From: Lingula anatina
Lineage: Eukaryota; Animalia; Brachiopoda
Reading direction: 5' to 3'
Length of the DNA: 64,000 bases
Assembly: GCA_051362555.1 (NCBI GenBank)
Contig: CM120642.1
Span: 5,642,001-5,706,000, forward strand
Position numbers and translations under genes: made by a program. The notes beneath the pieces were generated by a model, which saw only the letters and a list, made by a program, of their open reading frames with translations, was not told where the DNA came from and did no database searches. Below are positions 11,876 through 24,450 of this stretch, piece after piece; the stretch's first letter is position 1; each line of letters starts with the position of its first letter.

Positions 11876-13888
11876 CGCTATCTTTGTTATGATATCATCG
11901 GTGCTGAATAGTACCCATAGTATGACCTACCACGCATGCGCATTTAGTTTCGACAAGCTTTCGATGAGCTTTCGACAACGCTGAGGCTGTCGAAATTTTC
12001 ATCGAAAAATTCGTTAACGATTTCGATGAAAAAATTTTCGATAGCTTCCAGAATACCGATTTTTCGGATTCGATTAGGATTCGATGAAAAATTCGTTTTC
12101 GATAGCTTCGAGAATACCGCCCCTGTTCTCTAAGAATGCAAGCATTGGAGTCAAAGTTGAACTTCCGCTGTAGCTTAAGTAAAATATTTGGTTTCAAACT
12201 CGTTTTTCTCCACAAAATAGGGTTTAAATCAACTCGAGGAGCATCTGACATGATTTGCAATTTACTTTTAAAAATGATAATATACATAACAAAACTTTTA
12301 TATCCTTAAAGGCCGAGATATTCCACCGTTTCTGACACCCTACAAATCTCAAGAAATTTCACCCAATTCAAATTCTTGAACTTCCGGTTTGGTTAAAAGC
12401 CACCTAGCGGCAGACCGGTGGCTCCCAGTGGAGAAAATATCTGTCTTCCACATCACAAATAAGTACATTTCAAATGCTTTAAAATGATATGCTGCACACT
12501 ATGTATCAAAAAAGTATCGAAAGGCTGCCAAAGGAATAGAAACGTGTAGATAAAATGTTGCAAATGTTGACCCCCTTTCCGGCGACGTGGTGACCTCGAT
12601 CAGCTGATGGCTGCATTAAAAAATATGTGCAAGTTTCATTAACTTTATTTTGTAGGTTTTGTAAATAATAATGAAATGGAGCATTCAGTGATGATTATAA
12701 TGTCTTATCATCTACTTTCGAATGATTTTAGATATTTAAACAGCATTTTAACTAATTTAAAAGGCTCGGTTTATCCATTTAAATAAAGGATATCCAGTTC
12801 AAATAATGAGGTAATCATCACTGATGGAAAAAACAAATGACTTAAACTGTTTTAAATACCAAAAAAAGACTTACTAGTAATGTGTGAGTTAGTAAAAGAT
12901 TGTAAATATTGGCATTTTTTGATAGTATTCCACTTATGGCTTTCCTTACATAACATTGTACTTATTACACAGTTACAGAGTAAGTTCTAATTTTCTAATT
13001 TAGAGTAAACTGACACTTGCTTAGGTTGCACTTTGATCATAACCATTATAGCTGTTTTCTTGCTACTGTTTCATTTTGAAATTGATTCATACTGCAAAAT
13101 ATAATTCCTGCATAGTCCCATCTACCTGCTGCAGTGTTAAGATAAGGGAAAATAAAACCAGTATATACCATAATTTTAATTAAAATAAGAAAAAACCTTC
13201 TTGCCAAAGAAATAAGTATATTTCATTATTTAAGTTCCTCATAGAATACAAATGTTTAGTCTTGTTACAATAATAATGAATATAAAATGATTATTTATTT
13301 CATCATAAATAATAACAGTAATAATAACTGAAAGTTTAAATGCATATCATTTTTTTTTCTGTATTTTCTCCTTTATGATATATTGCTCATAAGGAATTAT
13401 TTTGGGTTTTGTTTTGGATAAAGAAGTATTTTGTATTTCTTATCACAATTGTTATGACTGAAACTAAAATTGCATGCACTGTACAGTGAATTTCCTTCTA
13501 TTTTCAGGAAACTGGTTTGTTTAATTTGAGTAAACAAATAGAAACATCTTATAATTCGCAATGAAATATATTTTAACCGTGGCTTGTACTTTTTAGTCAC
13601 AAAACAGATTTTCTTTTCTTTTTTTTTTCTTAAGTCAGTTTTAGGGATAATCATTGCCTTTCACTTTTTATTTTAATTTTTTGTGAGTTATCATGGATGT
13701 TTGTGTAACTTTTTATGATTAAAGTGTGCAATGTCAAGGTTCATACATGAACACTAATAATAAATTCAAGGATTTAATAAGAATTTTGAGACTAATTCAA
13801 TTGCTTTTCAATGACTCTTTTAATGCAAATGAGGGCAATGTAAAGTCACTCATAAGTTTCTATAACAAAGAAAAGAGGAAGTAATATA

Positions 13889-16800
13889 CCGTACTCGGAT
13901 TAAGAATGTGTACATTTACCCCGTGGATCATTTGAAGATTACACTGCGATTAATGCGGTGGAAAATACAATAGAGAGAGTGTATAATGATAGGGTCGCTA
14001 AACGATTGTTGACGGCATATAGTAACTAGCCTAATCCCTTGGTCGCCTGGGTAGACACGCCCCCTTAGAGTACTTATGTAAACAAACGGTCTCCCGTAGC
14101 GAACTATCCTTTTGTTCAACAGCTTCGCGCGTGCAGCTGATTATGTATGTAGAGACACTATAGCTAACTGCATATAAATTTGTGCTAGCTGTTATTTGAT
14201 TCATTCTGCTTTGTCAGATGTTGTGGATCAGCCCACTGGTTCGTTGACTTCTGTTTTTCTGAAGATTGGTGGTGCAGATTTTGAGTGCAGATTTTTGAAT
14301 TATGTACCCTCCTTCTAACAAGAGAAAGGGGAAGGGAGATAAAAAGAGAGAGTGTCAAATGAAACGGGTAATGAGTAATACATTACATTAAATAAAGGGA
14401 CTCGCGGTGGAAGAAACGATAGACTGTTTTGCATCAAGGTATGCCATTATAATCCGACATGGCCCATAACATGATCCATAACATGACTCATTGTTGTATG
14501 CCTTATATTTGTGCCGACTAATATTTTACTCTCGTTCATTTCGTGAAACTATTTCCTTAAAATAAAGTTTTGCCTGTATAAATTAACTTTGTGACATGAA
14601 GTAATTAATAAAACGCGCCTGTTGAAAAGGGGGCTTTTCGTAACTAATAAAGGTTCACTATTCAGAAAAATATCGTCGCCGTTCGTCGCCGCTACCTTCA
14701 GGAAAGCGTACCCTCCGCGTGGATCACCGGCATTTTTGATTATCTGACAAATTAGGGCAATTTACGTTTTAGCTAATAATTCTGAATTTAATAATATTTT
14801 GGACTAAATTCGATGTCAGATTCATAGCAATGACGGAGAGCCGACAGAGTAACTGTTTAATTTTCTAAACTAATCAAACTAGAACGCGTGGCGATAAAAT
14901 GTGTCGCTAGATCTTGTAAACACTCAGCGAAATGCACCTAGTGACTATATTCAATGTGCCGTCACTTAATTGCTTTCTCGATTTCATTAATTGACGATAG
15001 TAATTGCAGATGTAGCAAGGAAGAGGAAATGCTGAAGACAAAACAACGTCGGGTCTTTGTGTGACTTTCTCCCTAAACACTTTTTATGTTGCTGTCAAAG
15101 AAAAAGGAGTCTAGATAGCGATTATTTAAACCACTGCTGCTGCTTTAGCAGGTAGACTTCCTCGTTTATCATTTAAATGCTCCCCTCTCCCAGCAGACCC
15201 AACTTGATGCATGTACGTCTTGGTAGCTATAGTACAGATCTTGGTTCAAGTAATGAAAGGTTTAGGCACAAAACGATAATTTGAGGCTATTTTTTCATTC
15301 AAGACAAAATAAAGTATCTATGGTGTGTGACAATAGGGACTTTACAAAGCTTAATTTGTCCTTAAATATATATTCCAGTAGCATAGGCGAGCGACGTAAT
15401 TGTAACCTCAACTTGAGGTATCCTCGATGAAAGCGGAGTACAAAAATTAACTTTTTTAAATATCGATAACAACATGCTGTACAATGATATTGAGACTAAA
15501 GGGTTTAATGGACTTCTTTGCCTTAAAAGCAATTCATTTCAAAATTAAAAGAAACAGTTTTTTTTCGGGGAGCGCGGGTAGACAGTTTACGTCAGGTGAT
15601 TCGTTAAAGTCGAGGAGTGTTTCACTATCAAATGTGTAAATCATATATGTCATAAAACACTATAAGAAAGTTTTTTGTTACGATCTGCAACATTTGTTCA
15701 TTTATATAGCAGGGCGAAGTTAAAGCCAGAGGTAAATAGAACCTAATACCGTAATCCTCCTCGTCCATTTATTTAAATCGTATCAAAACGTTTGATACTC
15801 AATGTTCATTAAATTAATAATTTTAGCGATTTATTAAAACCATATTGGTACATAAAAGTTTAAGATTAGCATAACTTAAGCAACAACCAGTATGAAGAAC
15901 AACACCCTTTTTAAATGAGGCAAGACACCCTCTTCACACTGATTATAACCTTGAGAAAGACATTATGCAACTTAAGGTAAAGGAGTTCTTTCATCTCGTG
16001 TGTGAATACAACACATTCTTTGTCACTTTTACAAGACAATGGAGGCGAGCAAGTAGAGTAATTACAATACACAATAAAAAGGACATTAGTATAGAAAGCT
16101 TACTTCGGGTCAGCCCTTTGCTTGTTCGAATGAAAGAGATACCTGTAGATATCGCGCCGCGACTCCCTTTATTAAACCTTCGTGTGTTTGTGTAAAAGTG
16201 TGAAAGACAGGCAACGGTCTTTAGTCGCTGTTGATATTGTTCGCGATTAATATTGAAGTATAACTCCTTCGCCTGCATGTAAACGTGTTACTTTTCCTCA
16301 TGTTCTCTATATTTCTTTTAGGTGGTTGAGACAATGGGATGAGATCGATAAAAGTAAAGGTTAATCTAAACAATTAGATGCGATTTTTGTGAAATGACTT
16401 ATTAAGTGATGTGCATGTACCTAGCATGTTTAAATTCTTGAATTTCTAATTTGTTAAATCTTTCATACACGGCCTCATATATGTATTACTCTCAGGCCTT
16501 CGATATTATTGTGTTACACGGGACTCCTGGAAACCTGAAGCACAGGTCTACGGAGTCTTGTTATCCTTCATGCAGTTTTATGGCTGGGATGAACACTGCG
16601 AAGTAGAAACAGGCTTTACTTAGCTTTACTTGATGCACGACAGTTTAAACAAAACCAGTCTGCAAGGCTTGCTTTGATTTGGCGTTACCCTTAAACTGGT
16701 TTAAAAAGAACAAATATAAATATGTTCGATGGATTAGATGCCGGCTTTGTTATATTTTAACATTTGCATTTGCACAGTTACACAGATAATATTTTTAAGT

Positions 16801-18050
16801 TGTCTGTCGTTCAGCACGCATTATAGGCGAGTAGCTAAATAGTGACGGTGATCAATCCAAGCTCAATCTTGGCAAGTATCGTTTACAAAATAGATCATGT
16901 TGAATAAACTTAATTACGCTTTAATAAATAATCAACACATGGTTCGGTTATTGTCACTGGAAAGCTTTCGATCAAAGACGTTCAATGAAATCACAAATCA
17001 TTTGACGATTAAAAAATGGACATGTTCAAGGGGCAGTTTTTGTTTCAGATAAAGGGACTTCAGGTTCAGGTAGAGGGTGCAGTTACGTGTTTCATCGGAT
17101 GATAGCATCACGCCCTAGGTCTAAGCGAGTTGAATAGAAGCTTTTTATCCAAACATCCTATTCCTAACTACTGAGTTAGGACAAAGGTCTAGTAACATGC
17201 ACTGTGCAATTACTATTAATGGATCAGACGCATACTTGATTGTTTTTCCTCTGGTGTCGCACGTGTGCATCCTTTCTTGAGTGATCTAAAACAAGTCGCT
17301 AGTGTACCATGTTTCTCACTGTAGCAAAATACGTTCGACATGGTGTTTCTGAACGGCAGCCGGAGACACAGTAATTGTATAGGCATGCTTTAAGCTTGTT
17401 CGAGAGACAATAACAGTCGGGTTTAACAATAGATAGCGACCATAGTAAGACCCCCTCCTATTTAACTGATGATTTACACTTTTAATTGACCGTACTTTCG
17501 TATATTGTATAATCATACAGCCAGACTTCCCCCTGTTGCACGTTGTAGTTGGATTGTCATTGCGCCTATGTCAATGCACCTCATTTAATTTCAATATTAT
17601 AATATAAGCATAATATAAGTAATATGTTATTTCCTTATTCCTCTTTCATTATCATTCATGTTTTATAAATACTAGAACGCTTGAATGCAGATATTTCAAA
17701 TTAAAACGTAAGTACATAAATAAGTTATACATTTATAAATTAATGCAATAGGAATTTTTTGAGACAGATTGATGCTGACGCTCATGCATTTCAACCAAAC
17801 AAACAATAATTAGTTCAATTTTTGACTGCGGAAATTTCATATAGGATGAAATAACTGATAACAAATTTAACTAGCAGTTTGTTAGCAACACTAAAAACCA
17901 GCTGCGCGTGCCAAACTAGTGAACAAAAGGACAGTTCGCTTCGCGTGGCACGCCTTAGCATGGGTTTAGCCTCTTCAAGCTATAATCCTATCGCCGCAAC
18001 AAACAATAGGGACCTTCTGGCTGATGTATCCTGCTGTTAATTACACCTAG
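13889..18050. mobile_element. ~4.1-kb non-coding repeat 'X' with degenerate subterminal inverted repeats
   Basis: Reverse-complement copy at 25579-25672 plus 29101-35284. Internal inverted motif GCGAACTRTCCTTTTGTTCA at ~14098 and ~17920-17939. No convincing ORF. Confidence 0.7.
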
Positions 18051-18287
18051 TTACAGCGGATTGTCACGCTCGCGCTGGGCCACAGAAACCGGCGTCATGG
18101 GGTTCACACGTATTAAGTATTGTGTTATTCCACCTTAGCTATTGTGTTTGTGCGTTCGAATTTTGAAGGGATTTATACGGCCCTCCATTGTTTGTCCGCC
18201 CCCTTCTATTCACAAGATAGGGATTAAAACATTTCGAACGTGGTTACACCGGTGTACAACGGAAACAAAATTATTCCGACCACTGTA
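18049..18287 (+). repeat. ~240-bp unit 'U' (copy 1 of 3)
   Basis: TAGTTACAGCGGATTGTC...CCGACCACTGTA is repeated in the same orientation at 25341-25580 and 35286-35525. Confidence 0.9.
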
Positions 18288-18768
18288 TCATTTAAATTAA
18301 ATTTTATACACAGTGGTGATGAAACATTAAAAAATAGAAATTAAATCATGTCCAAAAAGGAATGTCTCCCCTTCCTGTGAATTACTGCCTTTATGCATCC
18401 AGGTTAAAAACTAAATTCAAGCACTTTTCAAGGTTCAAAATGATTGAATACACCTAAAATGAAATAATTTTGGGTGTACCCAGCAACAGATTCATATTTC
18501 ATGAATGTATACTGTGTCACCCACACACATTTTATACACACACACTACATGAATCTTTGTCAAGTTTTTGTAAGTCTCAGCTGCAGTGAAATAAAACAAG
18601 AACATGGGCACTTGAAAAGAATTTACATCTCATATGACAACTGTTGGTGAAAAAATCCAGAAGGAAAAAATATTTTTAGTATTCAGTGAGTGTAAATTAG
18701 TAGATATGATATGAAACAAAAAATACCTGAAATTATTGAAAATGTGACTGAGTAATCATTGACCTAAT

Positions 18769-18808
<40 letters not shown>

Positions 18809-19541
18809 GTTTTTTTATTTATTTACAAAATCCTTTATTATCATTTTTTTACTGCTTATACTAGCCAACCTGTAGGTACATGTTCATTTTTACCAGTACA
18901 ATGTGCATTTCATACTGACATGAAACAAAAAATACTCACTCTTTATGGTAACAACAAAGGTGTACTGAAAAAATATTTTCACTTTTATACTAACACCCAT
19001 TAATTAATCACAATTTATCAATTTTATTTAAAAATAAAATGTTCATATTAAATTGAATGTCATTTTTGAAATATTGGGCCAACTTATTTGTGTGAATTAA
19101 TTTTTGTTATTATTTGTGGCTTAACATGAAAATATCATTTATTAATTTTTCATCATAAAAAAATCAGAGCAAACGTGAGTAGAAATCAAATATACTCACT
19201 CATATTTAATAACAACGTCTATATATTAAGATAAAAAATTACATTTTTATATCTAACTGAATGGCATAGATATAGAGAGGAATTGTGTGAACTTATTTGT
19301 ATGGCTTTGGTATCCTAAGACAGCATGAAATCCAAGCAAGTATCAAATTTGAACAATGTGGTGAGTGTTTATTATAAGCTACTTACTGTAGGAAAAATTC
19401 ACACACGTTTTCATTGTAAATTTAATGAAATAAAGCGCTTTTTGCTAACGGCAAACTTGGGGAATCCCAGCTGGGGAATCCCACAAGAGGAGCCCAGTCC
19501 GATTTCTGAGCTCGCATGTCGGAGGAAGCACACTCAATATG

Positions 19542-21464
19542 CAGGGGCGTAACCAGACCTTTTAAAATTGTACGCACAGAATTTCAAAATTCCCAGGTAT
19601 AGCTAAATGTAGATCGACTTACGCAAAAGATGAAGGGCAGTTTAAATTATATGTGCCAAATATAATAGCTTAGTTTTCACCGTTTATAAAATCATTACTT
19701 AAAGTTTAAAATATTCCCACGGTATAATTAAGTTCCAGTAAATTATTTCACCCAGAACCAACGCTTTTTCCGGCATTGGAGTGCAGGCCGTCCATAATTG
19801 CCATGTATCTTACTTCAAAATTTCAGGGCCTCAAACTTTTCCAAAAGCCGTGAGCGGGGGTGGGGTGGGGTACAAATTAATGGAGTCTTTTTTTAATAAT
19901 AAATTTCATTGGGAAGAGGGTTAAAAATAATTGATACCGATCTCCCGTCACGCTCTTCCACGAAAGACCGCCCTTGTATGAATATAAAAATTGCCTTCTC
20001 CTCTCGCTCGGATCGCGAACGATCTCTGGCTGACAATCTTCTGCGAACGAAGTCCATTGAACGAATGTGAAAATCGCTTTCTCTTTTCGCTCAGATCACG
20101 CTCGATCTCCCGCTGAAGATACGAAAATTGGCTTCTTGTCTCGCTGCGGTCGGTAACTATCTCTTGTTCCCGATCCTCGGTTAACGAAGTCTCTTGAACA
20201 AATATGAAAATTGCCTTCTAGTCTGTTTCGGATTGCGAAGAATCTCTCGCCGAAGATATAAAAATTGCCTTTCTTATGTATTAGCTTTGTCAGATGCCAT
20301 ACGTATAAAGATCCGAAAGGTGTCCCCTTTCATAATTTGGCGGCAAGTTAGGTCATATTTCATTTAGGGCCTACACGTGTTTTGTACCGAATGTAGATCA
20401 TTCTTGTCACTTCTGCATTATGTATTTTAAAGTTAATGGAAACATTTTATTGTGTTTTGTAAGCTTTAGGTAGTAGTTACGTCGTGACTGAAAAACACCG
20501 TGCACTAGAAAGAAGTTTAATATTCATACGTCAAATTACTGCAATGGATTTTCATACGACGTCCACAGCTGCCCCGACTAGTTAAGACTTTTTTAATCAG
20601 CTGCCGTCCAATTGGCAGCTGGAGGACTCGCTGAAAAAAGCCTTGCTTAGAATGGTATATTTATTGAACTAGGGGCTTACTGACACAAACTATGAAAACA
20701 TATGCAAATTATGCCCGCTTGTATCAAGCTAAATTCTAAATAACGGTGAGGCACCTTTGTTCGATGTGGTTTGTTGCGGTTATCCCGAGTTGTCAGAAAA
20801 TAATCTTAAGAACAGTTGATCGTTGTAGGATTCTTACACCTTGCTATATTATTCGTCATGTCCATGGTCAGCTTAATGATGAATCTTCTAAAAGTTGAAC
20901 TTATATATGGTATCATCCAAAATCAACCAATTATATTACAGGATAAAGCTCTGTTTGTTTGTGAAAATTGCCCATATCACCCTGTTAGTTTAGAGGGTTA
21001 AGCTGGGTCAAGTCCGTGTCAAAATTCTTTACAGTTTTGCAGGAAATTTTTTTTTTTTTGTTTCTCTGGCTCCTTATAAAGCCCGTTGTCCAGATTTTAT
21101 CTAGTGTCCTCAGGTCTGCTGGAACTGCTCTTTGAAAATAACACAGGTAGATTTTTATCTGAGATTCAAACTTCCAATTAAGAGGTAAAGGAAGTTCCAG
21201 CTAGATGGATGATTAAGATAGGACTTCTGGAGGTAGCTAGTATTGTTTATTTACCTCAGTTCTGTGAAAGCAAACGAGACGGGGGGCGTCAGAACAATGG
21301 TGCGTATACGATTCATACAGAAGATTTGTACATTCAGGTGACTCTAACTTACAGTCGAAGAGGATTTTTCGTGAAAATACACTTTTTATAGAGAATAATA
21401 TCATGATTGGCTCAAAAAAATTGTACGCACAGTGCATCCGTGCGTATGCCTAGTTACGCCCATG
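19542..21464. mobile_element. Non-autonomous hAT-like TIR element with apparent 5-bp TSD
   Basis: Termini CAGGGGCGTAACCA / TAGTTACGCCCATG, with ATATG on both sides (19537-19541, 21465-21469). It interrupts sequence that is contiguous in the copy at ~2550-2600. Subterminal direct repeat AAAATTGTACGCACAG. Confidence 0.7.
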
Positions 21465-21953
21465 ATATGAGTGGATTTTACGACGAAAACTTAAAAGAAA
21501 ATATCGGGGCACATCTTTCTGAATGATTCTCAATACATTTCAAGAGACTTTTATGTCTAGATAAGCGTTTTATCGACGCAAAGCACGGCAGTGAAATACG
21601 TTGATGCGGGTTATCCATGGACCAAACGTCACTTCCGGAAAGTTACGTGAAAAGTTACAAGAGTTTGTAAGTCCGAGACTTACAAGAGTTTTGAGAATAC
21701 CGTGTAAGTCAAAGTTACAAATTCACGTAAATAGTTACAAATTGTTGTAAGTTACAAAGTTTTGAGAATACGGCCCCAGGTAAATAACTCATCCTCACTG
21801 ACACAAGTGGACAGGAACTGTGAAGTATGATATCTTCGGACAAAGTCTGACAACTTTTACATAGTAGTCAATGCGATCCGCCATGTTGCCCGATTTGTTT
21901 TACACCAGATGCCGGTTGCTAAGGTAAAGTGCCCGGATGACCGACTGTCCCTA

Positions 21954-22245
21954 TAACCTCGGACATAATACGGAGGCAGCCATATTTGATTGTTGATTGT
22001 TGGGAAGGAACTACTTTCAACCTCGCCCTAATTTAAACCTAATTCTTTCAACGCCTGTATCTATTTATCTTTTAAATCAAAGTCAATCTTAGTGCATTGT
22101 TTGGCAAACTGTAAAGCATCATAAAAATCAGGGGTATTGACAGCCATCTTTATGAGCGTAATGATCGATTGAGTGAGAAGGCATTTCCGGCGGACAAAAT
22201 GCATGGATTTGGTGCATATTTCTCCGCCTATCACATCCGAGGTTA
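21954..22245. mobile_element. Small MITE with TAACCTCGGA termini
   Basis: Imperfect TIR TAACCTCGGACATAATACGGAG / CTCCGCCTATCACATCCGAGGTTA. Flanks CTA/GTA give an imperfect 3-bp TSD. Confidence 0.6.
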
Positions 22246-22451
22246 GTATGGAGCTTGCGGAATGAGCCGCTTTTTAATTATAAGTTCTATAAGTTATCAC
22301 AAGTATCCAATATGTCTTGTCAAGCTGTGACATCACTGTCTTTTTCTTGTGTGAGTTCGAACTCCTGCCAGAATGAGTGGCTAAAACCTCCCTTGGCCAG
22401 ACCGTGTCCATTGTCAGCATACTGCTTTAGTCACTTAATAATTGAAGAATT

Positions 22452-22543
22452 TCAGACAAAAGTCTTTTGCACATTGTTCAACTTTACTGTGATGGCCTTC
22501 TTAACCTCCGTTTGAGTTGTGTTGAACCATTTGCGGATGAATT
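22452..22543 (-). pseudogene. Possible terminal exon encoding the C-terminal helix of a BEN-like domain
   Basis: TTTCAG acceptor followed by EFIRKWFNTTQTEVKKAITVKLNNVQKTFV*. Upstream exons were not identified. Confidence 0.35.
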
Positions 22544-23479
22544 CTGAAAGATAGACATTGTGAATTTCAATTAATTGTACATGTCTACAAAAATGCAAAA
22601 TGATGAAGGAAAAATTTTCTAATGAGATCAATAATAATCATTGCACCAATTCTATTTTGAGCAATTCATAGCCTTTATTAGTTAACTGAATTTTTTTCAA
22701 AGACAAGGTATTAAAGCTGGATAATATGTAAAAAAGAATATAAAGAACATGAACATATTTCATAGGACCAAGTCCACAGGAACAATCAGAAATGAATTTT
22801 AAAATGCAGACATTCGCAGTGGAGAAAACTCTACTCTGGTTAAATATGCAATTGGGCCATTACAGAGCTGCCAGGGCCAAAAAGACCCAAAAACTATAAG
22901 AAAACTCATTTCCGAGGGTAAACAGTAATTCCCTATTCTCACCAGTCCTTGCTTGACCTAAATCATCAGTCCAAACCACAAAAAAGCAATCCCCAAGTTA
23001 AAATTTATAGCTTTTGTGTAAGCAAAATGGTCAGATTTTCACAATGCACATTTCATTTCCATTATGTATAGGTTAGCAAAAAATATTTTTAAACAAACTA
23101 TGGTGTTTACCTCACATTAGGGTTGAAAAGAAATTAAAGGGAAAGAAAACTTGGCAAATAAACGATCCTGAAGAACGTGTGAGGTAATGAAATTTGCCCT
23201 GACAGCCCCTCTAACATGTTAATTGTATGTTATTTATTAGCATGGGTCTTCCTCAGTTATATATCATGATGGTCCCTTGGAGGCAGTTGTGGATAACATT
23301 AAATAGATAATTTTTAATAAATCACAAACCAAAAGTTAAATGAAATGTCATTTTTTGGATTCAACTGCATTTAAAGAAATGTGAACAATTGATCACAGTT
23401 TTATAAGAAATAAAGAGACTAAACAATGATTGCATTATGTATCCTTGTTTCTTCATTATAAATTATAACTTGTTTAATG

Positions 23480-23551
<72 letters not shown>

Positions 23552-24164
23552 TTTACAAGGTACACTACAAATTAGATCCATTAATTATCTCATTTTCAAT
23601 TTGATTAGATGCCCAAATGATCCAATGCATTACTGTAATACATACCAGGTACCTTCCTCAATCCGATTTTTCTACTCTCTGTACCCTTCCACTATGCTCC
23701 TGAATTTAAACTGTCTTGTTAGCTTTATACTCATTTGCTGCTTGTCTCATATAAACAAAGACTTAGACAGGATACCACACATCTGATAACACCTACAAGT
23801 TATAGGCGGTTACTGTTACTAGTGTAACAATAGCTACAGGAGTAGTGACCTAATAATAGGTGCCAGGCTAACAAAAGAAATTCACAGTTGTTGAATCTGT
23901 GGTTATGGCTGGTGGAGTAGGGCATTCTCTAGCTAACATCAGTTGACTGTTAAACCTTACAAGCATGGTTTATAATAAAATGTATCTTTATATTATTTTA
24001 ATTTGTCCTCGTTTCCCGCTTTTACATTATATTTTATATATTAGGCAGGATTGCACTTTCACTTTTTAAAACACCCAAGGTCAAGTAAAATCCGATTAGA
24101 TAAGGTTGACGTTCAGTATAATAGAAGAAATATGAAGTAAGTGAATATGATCACACAAAAAGTA

Positions 24165-24450
24165 AAAATACATTATATACTGATATTAAGACCAGTTTCA
24201 TTATTTTTCATTCAACCCGGTTTTATAAAAAAATCACTATATGAATTAGCATGGGATTTCCTATAGGTTCCTATAGAAATTCCTATAAGATTTTCTATAG
24301 GATCCTATAGGAATTTTTGTAATGGTCTGAAAATATATTAAAAATTATATACTGATATTTAGACCAGTTTCATTATTTTTCATATAACCTGGCCTTATAA
24401 AAATTCCCTATATGAATTAGCATAGGATTTCCTATACGTTCCTATAGCAG
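24165..24450 (+). repeat. Degenerate tandem duplication (~175-bp period) with CCTATAGG motifs
   Basis: ATTATATACTGATATT.AGACCAGTTTCATTATTTTTCAT...ATGAATTAGCAT.GGATTTCCTATA occurs at ~24172 and ~24344. Confidence 0.75.

Larger units (their letters stand above)
7166..12122. mobile_element. Complete autonomous PIF/Harbinger DNA transposon (copy 1)
   Basis: TIR GGGCGGTATTCTCGAA. CTG TSD (7163-7165, 12123-12125) confirmed by the empty site at 42058-42060. Carries convergent Myb/SANT and DDE transposase genes. Confidence 0.95.
4238..12426 (-). mobile_element. Inverted, terminally truncated copy of the CAG-TIR element 41751-54283
   Basis: Colinear reverse-complement similarity with 41757-43150 and 51275-54272. 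Begins CACCGGCTCATATG and ends CCGGTGGCTCCC, lacking about 12 and 6 terminal bases. Confidence 0.85.
3418..21776. mobile_element. Non-autonomous PIF/Harbinger element, expanded to 18.4 kb by nested insertions
   Basis: TIR GGGCCGTATTCTC..TTGTAACTTACAA at 3418 and its complement ending at 21776. CAG TSD at 3415-3417 and 21777-21779. Confidence 0.7.

Noticed and set aside
19982-20272. Possible CRISPR-like repeat-spacer array
   Set aside because: Repeats are degenerate, spacers are homologous to each other, the context is eukaryotic and there are no cas genes.
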